Counted from the first letter of the stretch, positions 1-11,085 are shown. The stretch is 38,520 bases of DNA from Perkinsus chesapeaki ATCC PRA-425 (GCA_013115145.1 JAAPAO010000332.1:1-38520); one strand, 5' to 3'. Program-made: numbers and translations. Notes: a model not told the origin generated them from the letters alone.

Positions 1-70
1 AGTATACGCAACACGCACACAGTCAGCACACATAGAGAGTTATACACATATCCCACCACCCAGGGCTATA

Positions 71-153
71 GGGGGGTATCCAATATGTGGGGGGGTGGTC
101 GTAGTGGAGGGGTACCTTTGGAATTTGGGGGGGAAACCACCCCTGTGGGGGGG
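71..153 (+). repeat. Cluster of five G-runs (G4-G7), potential long-loop G-quadruplex
   Basis: G-tracts at 71-76, 89-95, 109-112, 127-133 and 147-153. Confidence 0.35.
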
Positions 154-430
154 TCTAAAAACGTCTTTGGTGCAGGCTGCACTGCAGGCCCTGCAGGGTA
201 GCCAACGGCCAAAGCGTACGAAACTTCCTACTACGAAGCTGGCTGAAGCAGGTCAGAGCAGTGATAACGACAACCATCCTCACATTCTCGGAGGACTCGG
301 TGTTACCCCTTACATGATGATACGCAGCAATGGAGACGATATGTTTCCTAAGTCTCTGATCCTCAACAATGAAAAACCTGCTCAAGAGTCTTGGGTGAAG
401 ACGTAGGGAGCGGTCCCAGGAACAGCTCCC

Positions 431-496
431 GAAGTTAGATGGCAATGCCATCTAACTTCATCAACTAACATCTAACTTCATGCCATCATGGCATGA
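431..496. repeat. Two adjacent near-perfect palindromes plus a short direct repeat
   Basis: GAAGTTAGATGGCA-A-TGCCATCTAACTTC (431-459, 14-bp arms); TCATGCCAT-C-ATGGCATGA (478-496, 9-bp arms); CATCTAACTTCAT occurs twice. Confidence 0.9.
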
Positions 497-1337
497 CGAG
501 GAACAACGTTCCACCCCATGGGAGCCATATACCAACATCACTCGACCAGAAGCTCTGGTCAAGTGATGTCAAGTTTTGGTTGAGCTTTTATTCGCCATTA
601 TCGTACTGTAAAACGCGGTTGTGTTCTTCCGAAGTTCGGAAGTTCGGAATCCGAACGATGAGTCTTGATGAATTTCTCGAGGAATCTCCTAGCCATTAAT
701 CACGCTGATGGTGATGATAGCAAAGCTAAATGCCTCGAGTACAGGTGGGCCTTCATTTTTACGGTTATCTTCGATAAGCTCAGCCACATGACTGAGGTGT
801 TAATGACACCGTGTCATTGATCTCGCAGAAGGTTGTCATGAGACCATGGCAAATCTGAAAGGCACTCTGTGACTATAGACCGGCTTGTACTCTGTGAAGC
901 TGAACTAGCGGTCATCGAGCAGTCTGCTCAAGACGGTAACTTGACTCCCCGGGACTTCCAGTGCGACAATCTGCCGAGACTGCGCAATGTAGACTTCATA
1001 GATTGCTTCTGTCGGAGTCTTGGTCTCTGGTCGTCTGGGTCAGACCGTCTGATAGACATTTTTGAGATCGCTCGCACCAAACAAATCCGTTGTCGTAATA
1101 TTTTGCATTTAATACAATTTGCAATTCACAAATTTCAACGAACTTCGATCCGAGAACCGAGCCGGGGTCACATCGGCGGTGACCTTCTATTATACCCTAG
1201 AGTTCCTATGGTAGAGCTTCTGTCATTGAACTTATAATAGTCTCACGGATTCCAGAAGAATCGTCACAGATGGCGCATATTCAACTGCTCAAGACAGGAA
1301 TCCGGCATTCGCAACGCAACATCCACTTCGAATGTAA

Positions 1338-2857
1338 TTAATGATTCTCATCGCTAATAATATCAAGTGCTTCAGCAATCGCATCAACTCCTTTTTTGAC
1401 GTCTTCAGAAGTATTGTAGGGACCAAGGGAAAGCCTAAGGCTGCCCTCTTCTCCCATCGCTCGATGAAACGGTATTGCGCAGTGATGGCCGGCTCGGACG
1501 CAAACGCCACGCAAGCCACTAGCTATCGTGCCAACATCATTTGGATAAACGCCGTTGAAAGTCATCGAAACTATTGGGGCTCCTCGGCTGGCTTCGTCAC
1601 CACCAAGAATGTTGCAAGGTATCTTAGAAACCTCATCGAGTGTGAGAGACAACAGCTCATCCTCATGCTGTTTGATCTCGTTACGGTGATCCATTACGAA
1701 ATCAGCCGCCCTTGCCATCCCGACTGCTTCCGCTAAGGGCGGTGTACCTGAATATGGAATTGTAACTATAGTAGGGACCGAAGCCTGTTCCCGATACTAC
1801 CAGGCTCGTATCGCCATGGAGGTGGAGTATACCGAATTTTGAGAGTATCACAGTCGATATCTTCCAAGGAACCACCTCCGTTAGTTGCTGGTAACGGCAG
1901 CTCTCGGAGGGCTCGATCGGAGAGCCAGAGAACCCCAACGCCTGTGGGACCGAACATCTTGTGAGCCGAGAAAACTATTGCGTCAACTCCAAGTTCATCA
2001 ACGTCTATCTTCTGGTGCGGGACGCTTTGCGTGCAGTCCAAAACAATCAGTGCATTAGGTGCTTTACTACGAACGAGTCGTCGGATACCTTCGACGTCGG
2101 CTTCGTGACCAGTAACATGGCTCACATGAACGAATGCAACAATCTTCACTTCTTTATCGAGTTTCCTGGATAGATCCTCCATATCAATTTCACCCGTCAA
2201 TGGGTCAACCTTAACCATTTGAGTCCTCTCGCATGCTGTGGACCAGGGTAATATGTTACTATGGTGGTCCATTTCAGTGATCAGAACCTTTCCATCTTTC
2301 AAAAGACCATTTCTCGATGCCATACCGGCTAAGCGATTAAGCCCATCAGTCGCCCCAGACGTTATCACCAAACCGCCAATCCCATCTGCCCCTATGAACC
2401 TGGCCATCGTTTCCCGCGAATTCTCGAGGGCCTCCGTTGCTCTCTCTGCAGCTACGTGAGCGGATCGATGAACGTTGGAGTTGGTATTGCAATAAAAATC
2501 GTCCATAGCATCGATCACTACCTGCGGCTTATGCGAGGTCGCAGCCGAATCCAAGTACGTCAGCTCCTGATCGTCGAAGTAAGGAAAGGCCTTCCGAAGG
2601 GCTGCCCGAGCAGCCACTCCCAGCAAAGCGATGAATCCTAGAGCGGATAGGCTGTACCGCCAGCGGCAGCCTCCACTGTTCAGTGATGTAGCCCGCAGAC
2701 TACCGCGATGGGAGGGCTGCCCAACGATCGAGGATCTCGAAGTTACCTTGGCATTAGGCGGGGACAAGAAAAGATAATTCATGGAGAGGGTCGCAAGCAT
2801 AGCCCAAGCCACTAGAGCTGCCACCGAGACCTTCCGAGAACGGCTCCTGAGCGACAT
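1338..2857 (-). CDS. sufS: SufS-type (group II) cysteine desulfurase with plastid-type N-terminal leader; 2 exons (2857-1801, 1747-1338), about 488 aa
   Basis: YLDSAATSHKP, EMDHHSNILPW, PLP lysine motif FSAHKMFGPTGVG and group II catalytic motif RAGHHCA. Splicing a 53-bp GT-AG intron (1748-1800) restores YEPGTPP in frame. Confidence 0.95.
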
Positions 2858-3065
2858 AAATGCTAGAAATGGAGCATAACTGGAAAAAGAATCGACAAAC
2901 TAGATGGGTTCATTAAAGTAACCAAAGCCAGCTTGATGAGAAGAAAAATTCTATCTTCTGACGGAGCCTCTACCGACAACCTTTGACCCGACTCGATGCT
3001 CAGTGCATAGCAGCCAGTACTTTGGGACACAGCACGAGCAACTGTTTACGAGATAAACGGCATTC

Positions 3066-4049
3066 TTAAGCTTTGATACCACCATCTACGATATACTGGC
3101 AACCTAGTTGGCTGAGCTTAATATGGGCCTGGGCATAATCACACAGGAATTTATTATTATCCTTAGCATAGATCTCGACATACTTCCTGAATGATGGATC
3201 AGTAACGAGGCAATTGTCACTTTCAAGAACAAGAAGCCCATTATCAGTTTTACTCTTAGCCTTAGCATCGTCCAATATGTTAACGAAATACTCATTATCA
3301 AACTTGAGCCATTTCCTACACCAGGATCGGCCACCTTTCATACCAATACCATCTTTGCCGTCATTGCGGGCTACATAGGTACCGTTGGTGTACTGAGTAC
3401 CCGAACCAGCGGCCTCCTTCACAACACCAGATCGGTCCTTGAAGGCTCTACCGATTGTATGGCCTCCCGACAGAGCGACAATCTCTTGGTCGTTAAAGCC
3501 CATACGATAGAATATTTTCCTCAGATGGTCGGCTCCTTCCGGGTTGGGTAATCTGCCCTCCGGAGGACAATCCTCAGGGCCGGAGATATCCCTCCTACCA
3601 AACATCATGTAAGGGATAAGATCAGGTCCACCACAATGCTTAACAGCACAAGCAGAAGCCAACTGAATGGTATCAGCCCAGGAAACATTGGGATACTTGG
3701 CCTTAATTGGCTGTAAGAACTTCAGTGCTTTGGGCAGTCCAGCGTTAGCACCATGTGCCAGCTCAACATCGTATATGATACCGCCACTGGCACCGCCGCA
3801 TTGAGGCCACGGAAGAGACTTGTCATAGGTACCGCTGTCATGCCAAGCAAAGCGGACAATAATGGGGTCGCAGTTTAGTCTATCAATCATAGCTGTTAAC
3901 TCAGCTGCCATCGCCTTGATGTCCTTGGAGTATTGCACAGTATCCACTTGCCCAGAAGCAGGAGCGGCAGGCCTCACTACTTCAGCGTTTGCCGGGGCCG
4001 GTACAGGCTTGGAAGTACTTCCTCTGCAAGAATCACAAATGCCACCCAT
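3066..4049 (-). CDS. APX: Ascorbate peroxidase, plastid-type sequence class, intronless, 327 aa; N-terminus MGGICDSC
   Basis: Distal RFAWHDSGTYD, proximal LSGGHTIGR, and WLKFDNEYF; WPQCGG...ELAHGANAGL resembles chloroplast APXs. Confidence 0.95.
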   Translation of the reverse strand: MGGICDSCRGSTSKPVPAPANAEVVRPAAPASGQVDTVQYSKDIKAMAAELTAMIDRLNCDPIIVRFAWHDSGTYDKSLPWPQCGGASGGIIYDVELAHGANAGLPKALKFLQPIKAKYPNVSWADTIQLASACAVKHCGGPDLIPYMMFGRRDISGPEDCPPEGRLPNPEGADHLRKIFYRMGFNDQEIVALSGGHTIGRAFKDRSGVVKEAAGSGTQYTNGTYVARNDGKDGIGMKGGRSWCRKWLKFDNEYFVNILDDAKAKSKTDNGLLVLESDNCLVTDPSFRKYVEIYAKDNNKFLCDYAQAHIKLSQLGCQYIVDGGIKA

Positions 4050-4564
4050 TTATACGAATGCCTGGAAGGCGGTAAAATCGGGCAACCTACAACAAAACAT
4101 CGGTGCTAGCGATCTGTAACGAACTCGAGTGCTAAACCTGCTAGACACTAGCCCAATGTGTTTACGCTAAAACACGAGTGCTGCAAACGGTTGCCGGTGC
4201 GAAAGTCTCTTATTGGCTTCGGCTAGAATTTTTGATCGTCAATTGCTTAGGGTCGGACACGTCAAAACTAATAAGCTCAGGCAATTGATTAAAGCCGATG
4301 TTATTGTGCTAGGGAACATGGAACTAGCTGAGATCACTAAGAACTCGACACTATAAATGATTCCGGAGGGAAGAAACGCACTGGGCGCGAAAAATGGAGA
4401 AGTAGAATTAGTAGCGACGATGCTACTGTGGATGAACATCCTACTGGTAAACACAATCTAAAGTAAATGCATCAGGTCATTTTGACACCGAGCTAGAATC
4501 AAAGGGCGGACTAACTTGATTCGAGGGCACCGTTTAGGAGCTGGTTCAAGTCGTGAGGACGCCA

Positions 4565-5557
4565 TTACATATTGATACCACCATCTACGATATACTGGCA
4601 ACCTAGTTGGCTGAGCTTAATATGGGCCTGGGCATAATCACACAGGAATTTATTATTATCCTTAGCATAGATCTCGACATACTTCCTGAATGATGGATCA
4701 GTAACGAGGCAATTGTCACTTTCAAGAACAAGAAGCCCATTATCAGTTTTACTCTTAGCCTTAGCATCTTCCAATATGTTAACAAAATACTCATTATCAA
4801 ACTTGAGCCATTTCCTACACCAGGATCGGCCACCCTTCATACCAATACCATCTTTGCCGTCTAGGCGGGCGACAGCCTCACCGTTGGTATACTGCGTACC
4901 ATGACCAGAGGACTCCTCAACCGTGCCAGACCGGTCCTTGAAGGCTCTACCGATTGTATGGCCTCCCGACAGAGCGACAATCTCTTGGTCGTTGAAACCC
5001 ATGCGATAGAATATCGTCCTCAGATGGTCGGCTCCCTGAGGCATCGGCAATCTCCCTTCAGGAGGGCATTCCTCAGGGCCGGAGATATCTTTTCTACCAA
5101 ACTTCATATTGGGCATCATATCAGGTCCACCACAATGCTTAACAGCACAAGCAGAAGCCAATTGAATGGTATCAGCCCAGGAAACATTAGGATACTTGGC
5201 CTTAATTGGCTGAAGGAATCTCCTTGCCTTCATCAGCCCAGCATTGGCACCGTGGCTCAACTCAGTGTCGTAAATAATGCCGGCGCTAGGGCCACCACAT
5301 TGGGGCCATGGAAGCGACTTATCATAAGTACCAGCATCATGCCAGGCATATCGAACGATAATAGGGTCACAGTTCAGCCTGTCAATCATAGCGCTCAAGT
5401 CTGCCGCAAGGGCTTGGAGGTCCTTCGTGTACTGTGCTGTGTCGACATTTCGCGTCACAACAGGGGTGGGCAGGACTGGCCTCGCGGTAGAGGAAGATGC
5501 ACCAGTAGGCACAGGCTGCGATCTATCACCACGGCAGCACTCGATAATGTTTCCCAT
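4565..5557 (-). CDS. APX: Ascorbate peroxidase tandem copy 2, intronless, 330 aa; N-terminus MGNIIECC
   Basis: RYAWHDAGTYD, LSGGHTIGR and WLKFDNEYF; high identity to both neighbours. Confidence 0.95.
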   Translation of the reverse strand: MGNIIECCRGDRSQPVPTGASSSTARPVLPTPVVTRNVDTAQYTKDLQALAADLSAMIDRLNCDPIIVRYAWHDAGTYDKSLPWPQCGGPSAGIIYDTELSHGANAGLMKARRFLQPIKAKYPNVSWADTIQLASACAVKHCGGPDMMPNMKFGRKDISGPEECPPEGRLPMPQGADHLRTIFYRMGFNDQEIVALSGGHTIGRAFKDRSGTVEESSGHGTQYTNGEAVARLDGKDGIGMKGGRSWCRKWLKFDNEYFVNILEDAKAKSKTDNGLLVLESDNCLVTDPSFRKYVEIYAKDNNKFLCDYAQAHIKLSQLGCQYIVDGGINM

Positions 5558-6333
5558 GAAGTATAGAAGGGATGGAAGGCGAAGAGATAACTGAAGAAGA
5601 AAGTACTAGGAAATGGGGATCCAAATTTTCATTTTGACGAATGATTGCGAAATAATATATTCAAGTAATAACTCTCAACTGTACCTACTCCCACCTTATA
5701 CTTTATAATTGAACGGTAGCAATTGACGGATAACACATTGTAACGCGACAAGCTTTGGTTCCTGCAGGACTAGCGTAGGGAGGGACGGGAACGCAGTCTG
5801 ATCGATTGCAAGGCGCATGGTTTGATGATCAAATTCACATGGCCTTGACAGTTATTATTCCCTTCGTTAAATTGGCCTTAGCAATTCCATGGCGAAGCAA
5901 GGCCGCGTAACGCGATTATATTCAATGCGAGTCCAACCCACTTTTCGGTCATAATTCACATATTATTCACGGTTCATGAGGATCACTGTACGACTAGGCA
6001 ACTGGCTCTTTGAGGTTGTCCAAGAACACAACAACATAGCAATCTGTAAAATGAGAGGCTAGAAGCCCAGCTGCAGTAGGAGGGCGGCGGCGATAGTATG
6101 CGCGGCATTTCACCCCACCTACAGTGGACCATCATTGTTATTGAGAGAATAGACGACAAATTTATCAATTGGAAGAGATGCCTTTTTAGCATCTCAATGC
6201 TCCCTAGAAGTAACCAGAAGTGCCCGTAAACAATACAGCATAGCGAGGCTTTTCTCAATCATCACTTATAGGCAACTACGGTGACGAGTCGACCTACAAG
6301 GTGACGAGTACAGAAGAGCTCTTGGCACGGAGC

Positions 6334-7236
6334 TCACATTTTAATGCCTCCTTCAACAACATACTCGGCTCCGAGCTCACTCAACTTAATGTGCGCTTTC
6401 TCGTAGTCCTCTAAAAACTTATCATTGTCATCGGCATATATCTCAACATATTCTCTGAACGAGAGGTCGGATACGAGAGCATTATCGCTCTTCAAAACCA
6501 GCAGCCCGGTGTCATCCTCGCTGTCCCTTTTAGCATCTTCTAAGATGTTAACAAAATACTCGTTATCAAACTTGAGCCATTTCCTGCACCAGGATCGGCC
6601 ACCCTTCATACCAATACCATCTTTCGCATCCTTGCGGGCGACAGCCTCACCGTTGGTATATTGGGTACCATGACCAGCAGACTCCTCAACGGTGCCAGAC
6701 CGGTCCTTGAAGGCTCTACCGATTGTATGGCCTCCCGACAGAGCGACAATCTCTTGGTCGTTGAAACCCATGCGATAGAATATCGTCCTCAGGTGGTCGG
6801 CTCCTTCCGGGTTGGGCAATCTCCCTTCAGGAGGGCATTCCTCAGGGCCGGAGATGTCTTTTCTACCAAACTTCATATTGGGGATCATATCAGGTCCACC
6901 ACAATGCTTAACAGCATAAGCAGAAGCCAACTGAATGGTATCAGCCCAGGAGACATTAGGATACTTTGCCTTAATTGGCTCCAAGTACCTGCGGGCCTTG
7001 GCGAGGCCAGCGTTAGCACCATGTTTAAGTTCAACATCATAGATTATACCACCGTTAGCTCCTCCGCACTCTGGCCATGGTAGGGACTTGTCGTAGGTAC
7101 CGCTGTCATGCCAAGCAAATCGTACTATGATGGGATCGCAGTTCAGTTCATCAATCATAGATGTCAAATCGTCGGCCATTGAATGGAGGTCCTTGGCATA
7201 TTGTTCAGGATCGATGGTGGCAACACTCTGAGCCAT
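6334..7236 (-). CDS. APX: Ascorbate peroxidase tandem copy 3, intronless, 300 aa, no N-terminal extension
   Basis: RFAWHDSGTYD, LSGGHTIGR and WLKFDNEYF. Confidence 0.95.
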   Translation of the reverse strand: MAQSVATIDPEQYAKDLHSMADDLTSMIDELNCDPIIVRFAWHDSGTYDKSLPWPECGGANGGIIYDVELKHGANAGLAKARRYLEPIKAKYPNVSWADTIQLASAYAVKHCGGPDMIPNMKFGRKDISGPEECPPEGRLPNPEGADHLRTIFYRMGFNDQEIVALSGGHTIGRAFKDRSGTVEESAGHGTQYTNGEAVARKDAKDGIGMKGGRSWCRKWLKFDNEYFVNILEDAKRDSEDDTGLLVLKSDNALVSDLSFREYVEIYADDNDKFLEDYEKAHIKLSELGAEYVVEGGIKM

Positions 7237-7653
7237 GATAAAATATCAAGTAGTGAGACTGCGGTAAAACGGGCTTAAATTAAGCTTCCCTAATGAGCAG
7301 CCACGGAATTAGGGCCACGGATTCCCTGAAACTCGTAAAATATCGCAGGAGGCGCGACACCGCATGCGTCTGCGTACACCAGCACGCAAGGGAAAGCGGA
7401 GCGAAGCGATGAAAAAATGCAAATTTTTATGACCTTCGACAAAAGTGATCACCCCGGGGTGAGTCCCACTGCGATGGTATACAGAGGGGATCTGTTTCGA
7501 CCACTATCCCGTCTACCCAGCCTACTTGCAGCAAGAAAACCTCTGTGCGCCAAGAGAAAATCAAGGGGACATAATCCGTGGAGCCATCAGCGAAATTGGC
7601 GCGACGAACTCGACTCTCTATCGCGTGGGTAAAAAGTCCCTTGTATAGCGTCC

Positions 7654-9810
7654 TCAGAATCTAGTTTGATCGCATATATGATTCAGCCGAGCGGCGTGTG
7701 TCGGATTGTGTTTTTGAGTTCGGCAAGCCAACCCGTACCTGACAGGCAGGCATGGCGTCACAGGCCGCGCGGAGCAGTCTTTACCAGCAGTTATCTCGTC
7801 CCCTGCATCGCTGAGGAAGCTGGGAATCTGGTAGGTTCTTACGATACGTGAAGATGCATTGCTTGGCGGCTTCATAAGCACACGCGGAGCAAACGGTATT
7901 GTCGTTGTAGAAGTCCCGAACGCACAGCTCGCGCCTGGCTCCGTCAATGGTAAATTCGAATTTTGCATTCATGTCCTGGCTCAGCACTTCTCGAGTTACG
8001 TCGGCAATGGTCTTGGCGCTGCCTTGCAAATGCTCCTGGAACGCTGCAACTTCGAAGAAGTTGTCGCCAAATGCTCGAGCAATAACAGGCAGATGCGAGC
8101 TTGAGTCCGTGACAAAATCTCTTAATTTTCGCAGGCTCGGATCCTCTAGCCACAGCAGTGGAGAATGTACCGGAACGCTGCTGCAAGCTAAGCACGGTCG
8201 ATACGTTGCCGGGGTGCAGTAAACCTAGAAGACGGCGGCAGTACGGAGGACAGTGGCGACGATCGTGATTATAGCACTTACCTTCTCGCAGATGGCACAT
8301 CGAACATTCAAGTTTGGCCTATCAGGCACGGGCCCCTGGCACCGTGAGCATGCCAAGTGAACAGCGTTCTGTCTACATAATGACCTGATCGAAGTTAGGC
8401 GACATAACTGGTCCAGACCAACCCTCAATCCCACCCTGGTCCCGGGTTCGTCACACCACAGAAATTGCACAGCCGGCTCCGCGGCACCCGTACTGCGGAT
8501 CCACTGATGAAGACCCCTGGGGAAGGAACTGAGGATAATACAGTAAGCTCATAACGCAGTAAAAGTACAGGCTCACTGCTGTAAGAAGATCCTTCAGAGT
8601 CCGAGTCATAGTAATCGTAATCAGTATAATCGCTCCGTCCCGCCGTCCCTGTGGAGGCTGCAGAACCATGAGCCGCCAGCAAAAACTGTCGGTTCACCTT
8701 CCCGAGGTCGTAGCTGAGTAGTAGTATGGAGAGAGTGTTAATCATTCAAGTGCCTACTCGTTCTTTAGCAAGGCATCTGCATCATCTGCAGCCTTCTTAT
8801 CTTGCTCGGATCGTCTATCTGATCATCGAAGGTTTCACTTCCGATAGGCGGGCCATGCGTCACCTCTGATTTTCTCGGCGTCAATAAGCTTCTCGGTAAG
8901 GTTAATCACAGTTCGATTGGGCTTCACACTTCTCACTCTAGACCGGCATTGAGGACAGTCAGTGTGGCGCTGAAGCCACTGGCTTAGGCACGACGAACAG
9001 AAGTTATGGAGACAGTCCAGGACGGATACAGGGCGATGCATAAGATCCTGATATACAAGAGGGAACTAGAGAACAGCAAGAATGCTGTGCGGGGCACCTG
9101 ACATATAGCACACCGCAGCTCTTCTGAAATTTCCTCCTCTCCAGGAAGCTCGGACGAGCTCGAATCTCTCCGACGTTTCTGCCCCGACAGTTTAGGAGTA
9201 ACCGGTTGTTGAGCGGGCTGTGGTTGAGCGGTAGCACTGCCCATAATGAACTGATATCCTATCACAGGTCCTGAGGCATGATACGACTATGTGAAGGCAA
9301 AGCATCAGTCTACCTCGATTGGGATGAAATAGAAGTATAACTTCCCCGTCGGCCACCGTGGACACTCCGCTGACTCCTACTTTACGACAGTTCTGTATAT
9401 TCCGTCCTACATACGTGCCACCCCTACTTCGATTACTCAGGATCCAGCCAGGCACTGAGACACGAAGTCTCCGAGACACAAGCGAGTCTTAAACCAGCTT
9501 ACCTGATTGACCGGGCAGAGGTGGACCGACGGACAGTTCAAAATGGAACTTTGAGACTTGTGGGATGTTCAAGTTGACCTGACGCCAGAGCTACTCCGTG
9601 GAGTCTCGACTTTACGCTTACAACTTTTAGATTGTCGCCTCCCTTAGGAGGGCCCCGACCTACTCTAATACAGGTCTCAGAGCGAAGTTCCACATCAGGG
9701 AGGATGTGTGGGCATAGCGACTTGAGCCGTCGGCCAGCAACAGGAGCACCACCATCCGGTGCACTTGGGGCAGCAGTAGACGAAGAGGAACCACCCCCGT
9801 ATGTAGCCAT
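7654..9810 (-). CDS. CHFR: CHFR-like E3 ubiquitin ligase: FHA, C3HC4 RING, Cys-rich region and C-terminal PBZ zinc finger; multi-exon
   Basis: Hand-spliced exons give FHA (IRVGR, VSKFHFEL, SRGGTYV), RING CAICQ|DLMHRPVSVLDCLHNFCSSCLSQWLQRHTDCPQCR, and Cys-rich HLACSRCQGPVPDRP...CAIC. The C-terminus DNCW|YGLACRTQKHNPTHAARLNHICDQTRF (46-bp intron 7739-7784) parallels the CHFR C-terminus as recalled (RPDCYWGRNCRTQ...HAMKFNHICEQTRF). Confidence 0.9.
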
Positions 9811-9890
9811 AGAATACAAAAATACAACTATGTCCTGTATAGGGAATCCTCCGAGAGTACTGTGCCCAACACCCTCGCCATCGTAGAGGA

Positions 9891-11085
9891 TCAACCAACA
9901 TCACCGGATAACGGTATGGTTATACATGAGCTGCTACTAGCACCGGAATGTCTCGCAGAATCAAGCTCTGTCCAGCGTGGACTCAAGCTAGGACTCCTCT
10001 TTGCTGGGCTCTGATTGAGTGGCTCCTCCACTCCTACGAAGCCTGGAGTTTCTCGCTTCATTGACGGGTTAAGTATAGGAGGATTCTGCATCCACTCTTC
10101 AACATGGTAGTTAGCCCGAGCACCACGATCCTTCGCTGCGACAGCTTCAGGCGAGAATCGCCTGCGATTCCACCTTTCGCTCGATGGCCGTGGTTTCGAT
10201 TCCCCCTCATGTTGCTTCTCCAATACACTCCCCTCCCTATGTGGCGTGCCCACGCCGCCAACAGCCATATTGGTGAGCCGAATTTCAGATTCGTTCTGAG
10301 CCTCACGGGCACGATGAATAATGCCATTGGCCCAACGCCGTGCTTCTGACTTGGCCGCACTAACTAGTCGACCCAGTTCGATCTTCTCTGCTTTAGCTGT
10401 TGCAAGGGACTTCTTCAGTAACCTACTTATATGCACCCAGGACTCCTGCAGCAACATCACCACCTTACCGGATATCCTGACGGTCTCTGCTCAGCTCAGC
10501 CATGAGAGCTCCGCGCCGGCCAACGATCTCGCCCACTTGCCGCTCCAAATCTTCGCATTCCTCCATCGCTCGGTGTTTTCGAACCAACAACTTCCCTCTG
10601 CGGTCAAGGATCTTCTCAAGTTCATCACGAACATGTTGAATACTCTTTTTCAATGCCGATGCTCTGCTACGCTCCGCCTTTATATTCTGCTCGAGTTGCA
10701 TGCAAGCAACCTTCCACTCATCTAGCTTGTCCTGTAACTTCTGCCGTTCCGTCTTTGCCCGGACAGCGCTCTCTAACTCTTCTCGACCAGGTGATTCCGG
10801 ACACGCTGTCTCTCTTGCCTTCTCTTTACCCGACTGCTTCTGTCGCACACCATCCCAGTCCGGTTCAGATCTTACTCCCCCTCTTCGGCTTTGTTTCTTT
10901 TCGAGAACGTGGTCGATCGCTTGCCCAACCGGCATGGCCACAGCGGGCTCTTCGGAAGCCACCTGTGGCTTAGATGAAATGCCTCCTTCCAGAGCCTCAG
11001 CAATGCTTCTGTTATAGAGGTCCAATGCGTGGAAGAATGCTCTGGCGCGCTCATCGGGCTTTTCAGGGTATACAGTAGAAGCCAT
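9891..11085 (-). CDS. Hypothetical coiled-coil protein; 2 exons with a likely 46-bp intron at 10423-10468
   Basis: ORFs 10465-11085 and 9891-10463 join in frame through GTAAGG...TAG; long K/E/R/L heptad-like segment. Confidence 0.65.

Noticed and set aside
95-1237. ORFs 95-406, 155-451, 493-699 and 869-1237
   Set aside because: No recognisable motifs or convincing exon chain; they could be degraded coding or mobile sequence but cannot be assigned without a search.
5983-6258. 91-aa ORF between APX copies 2 and 3
   Set aside because: Non-ATG start, no motif and atypical composition; treated as intergenic.
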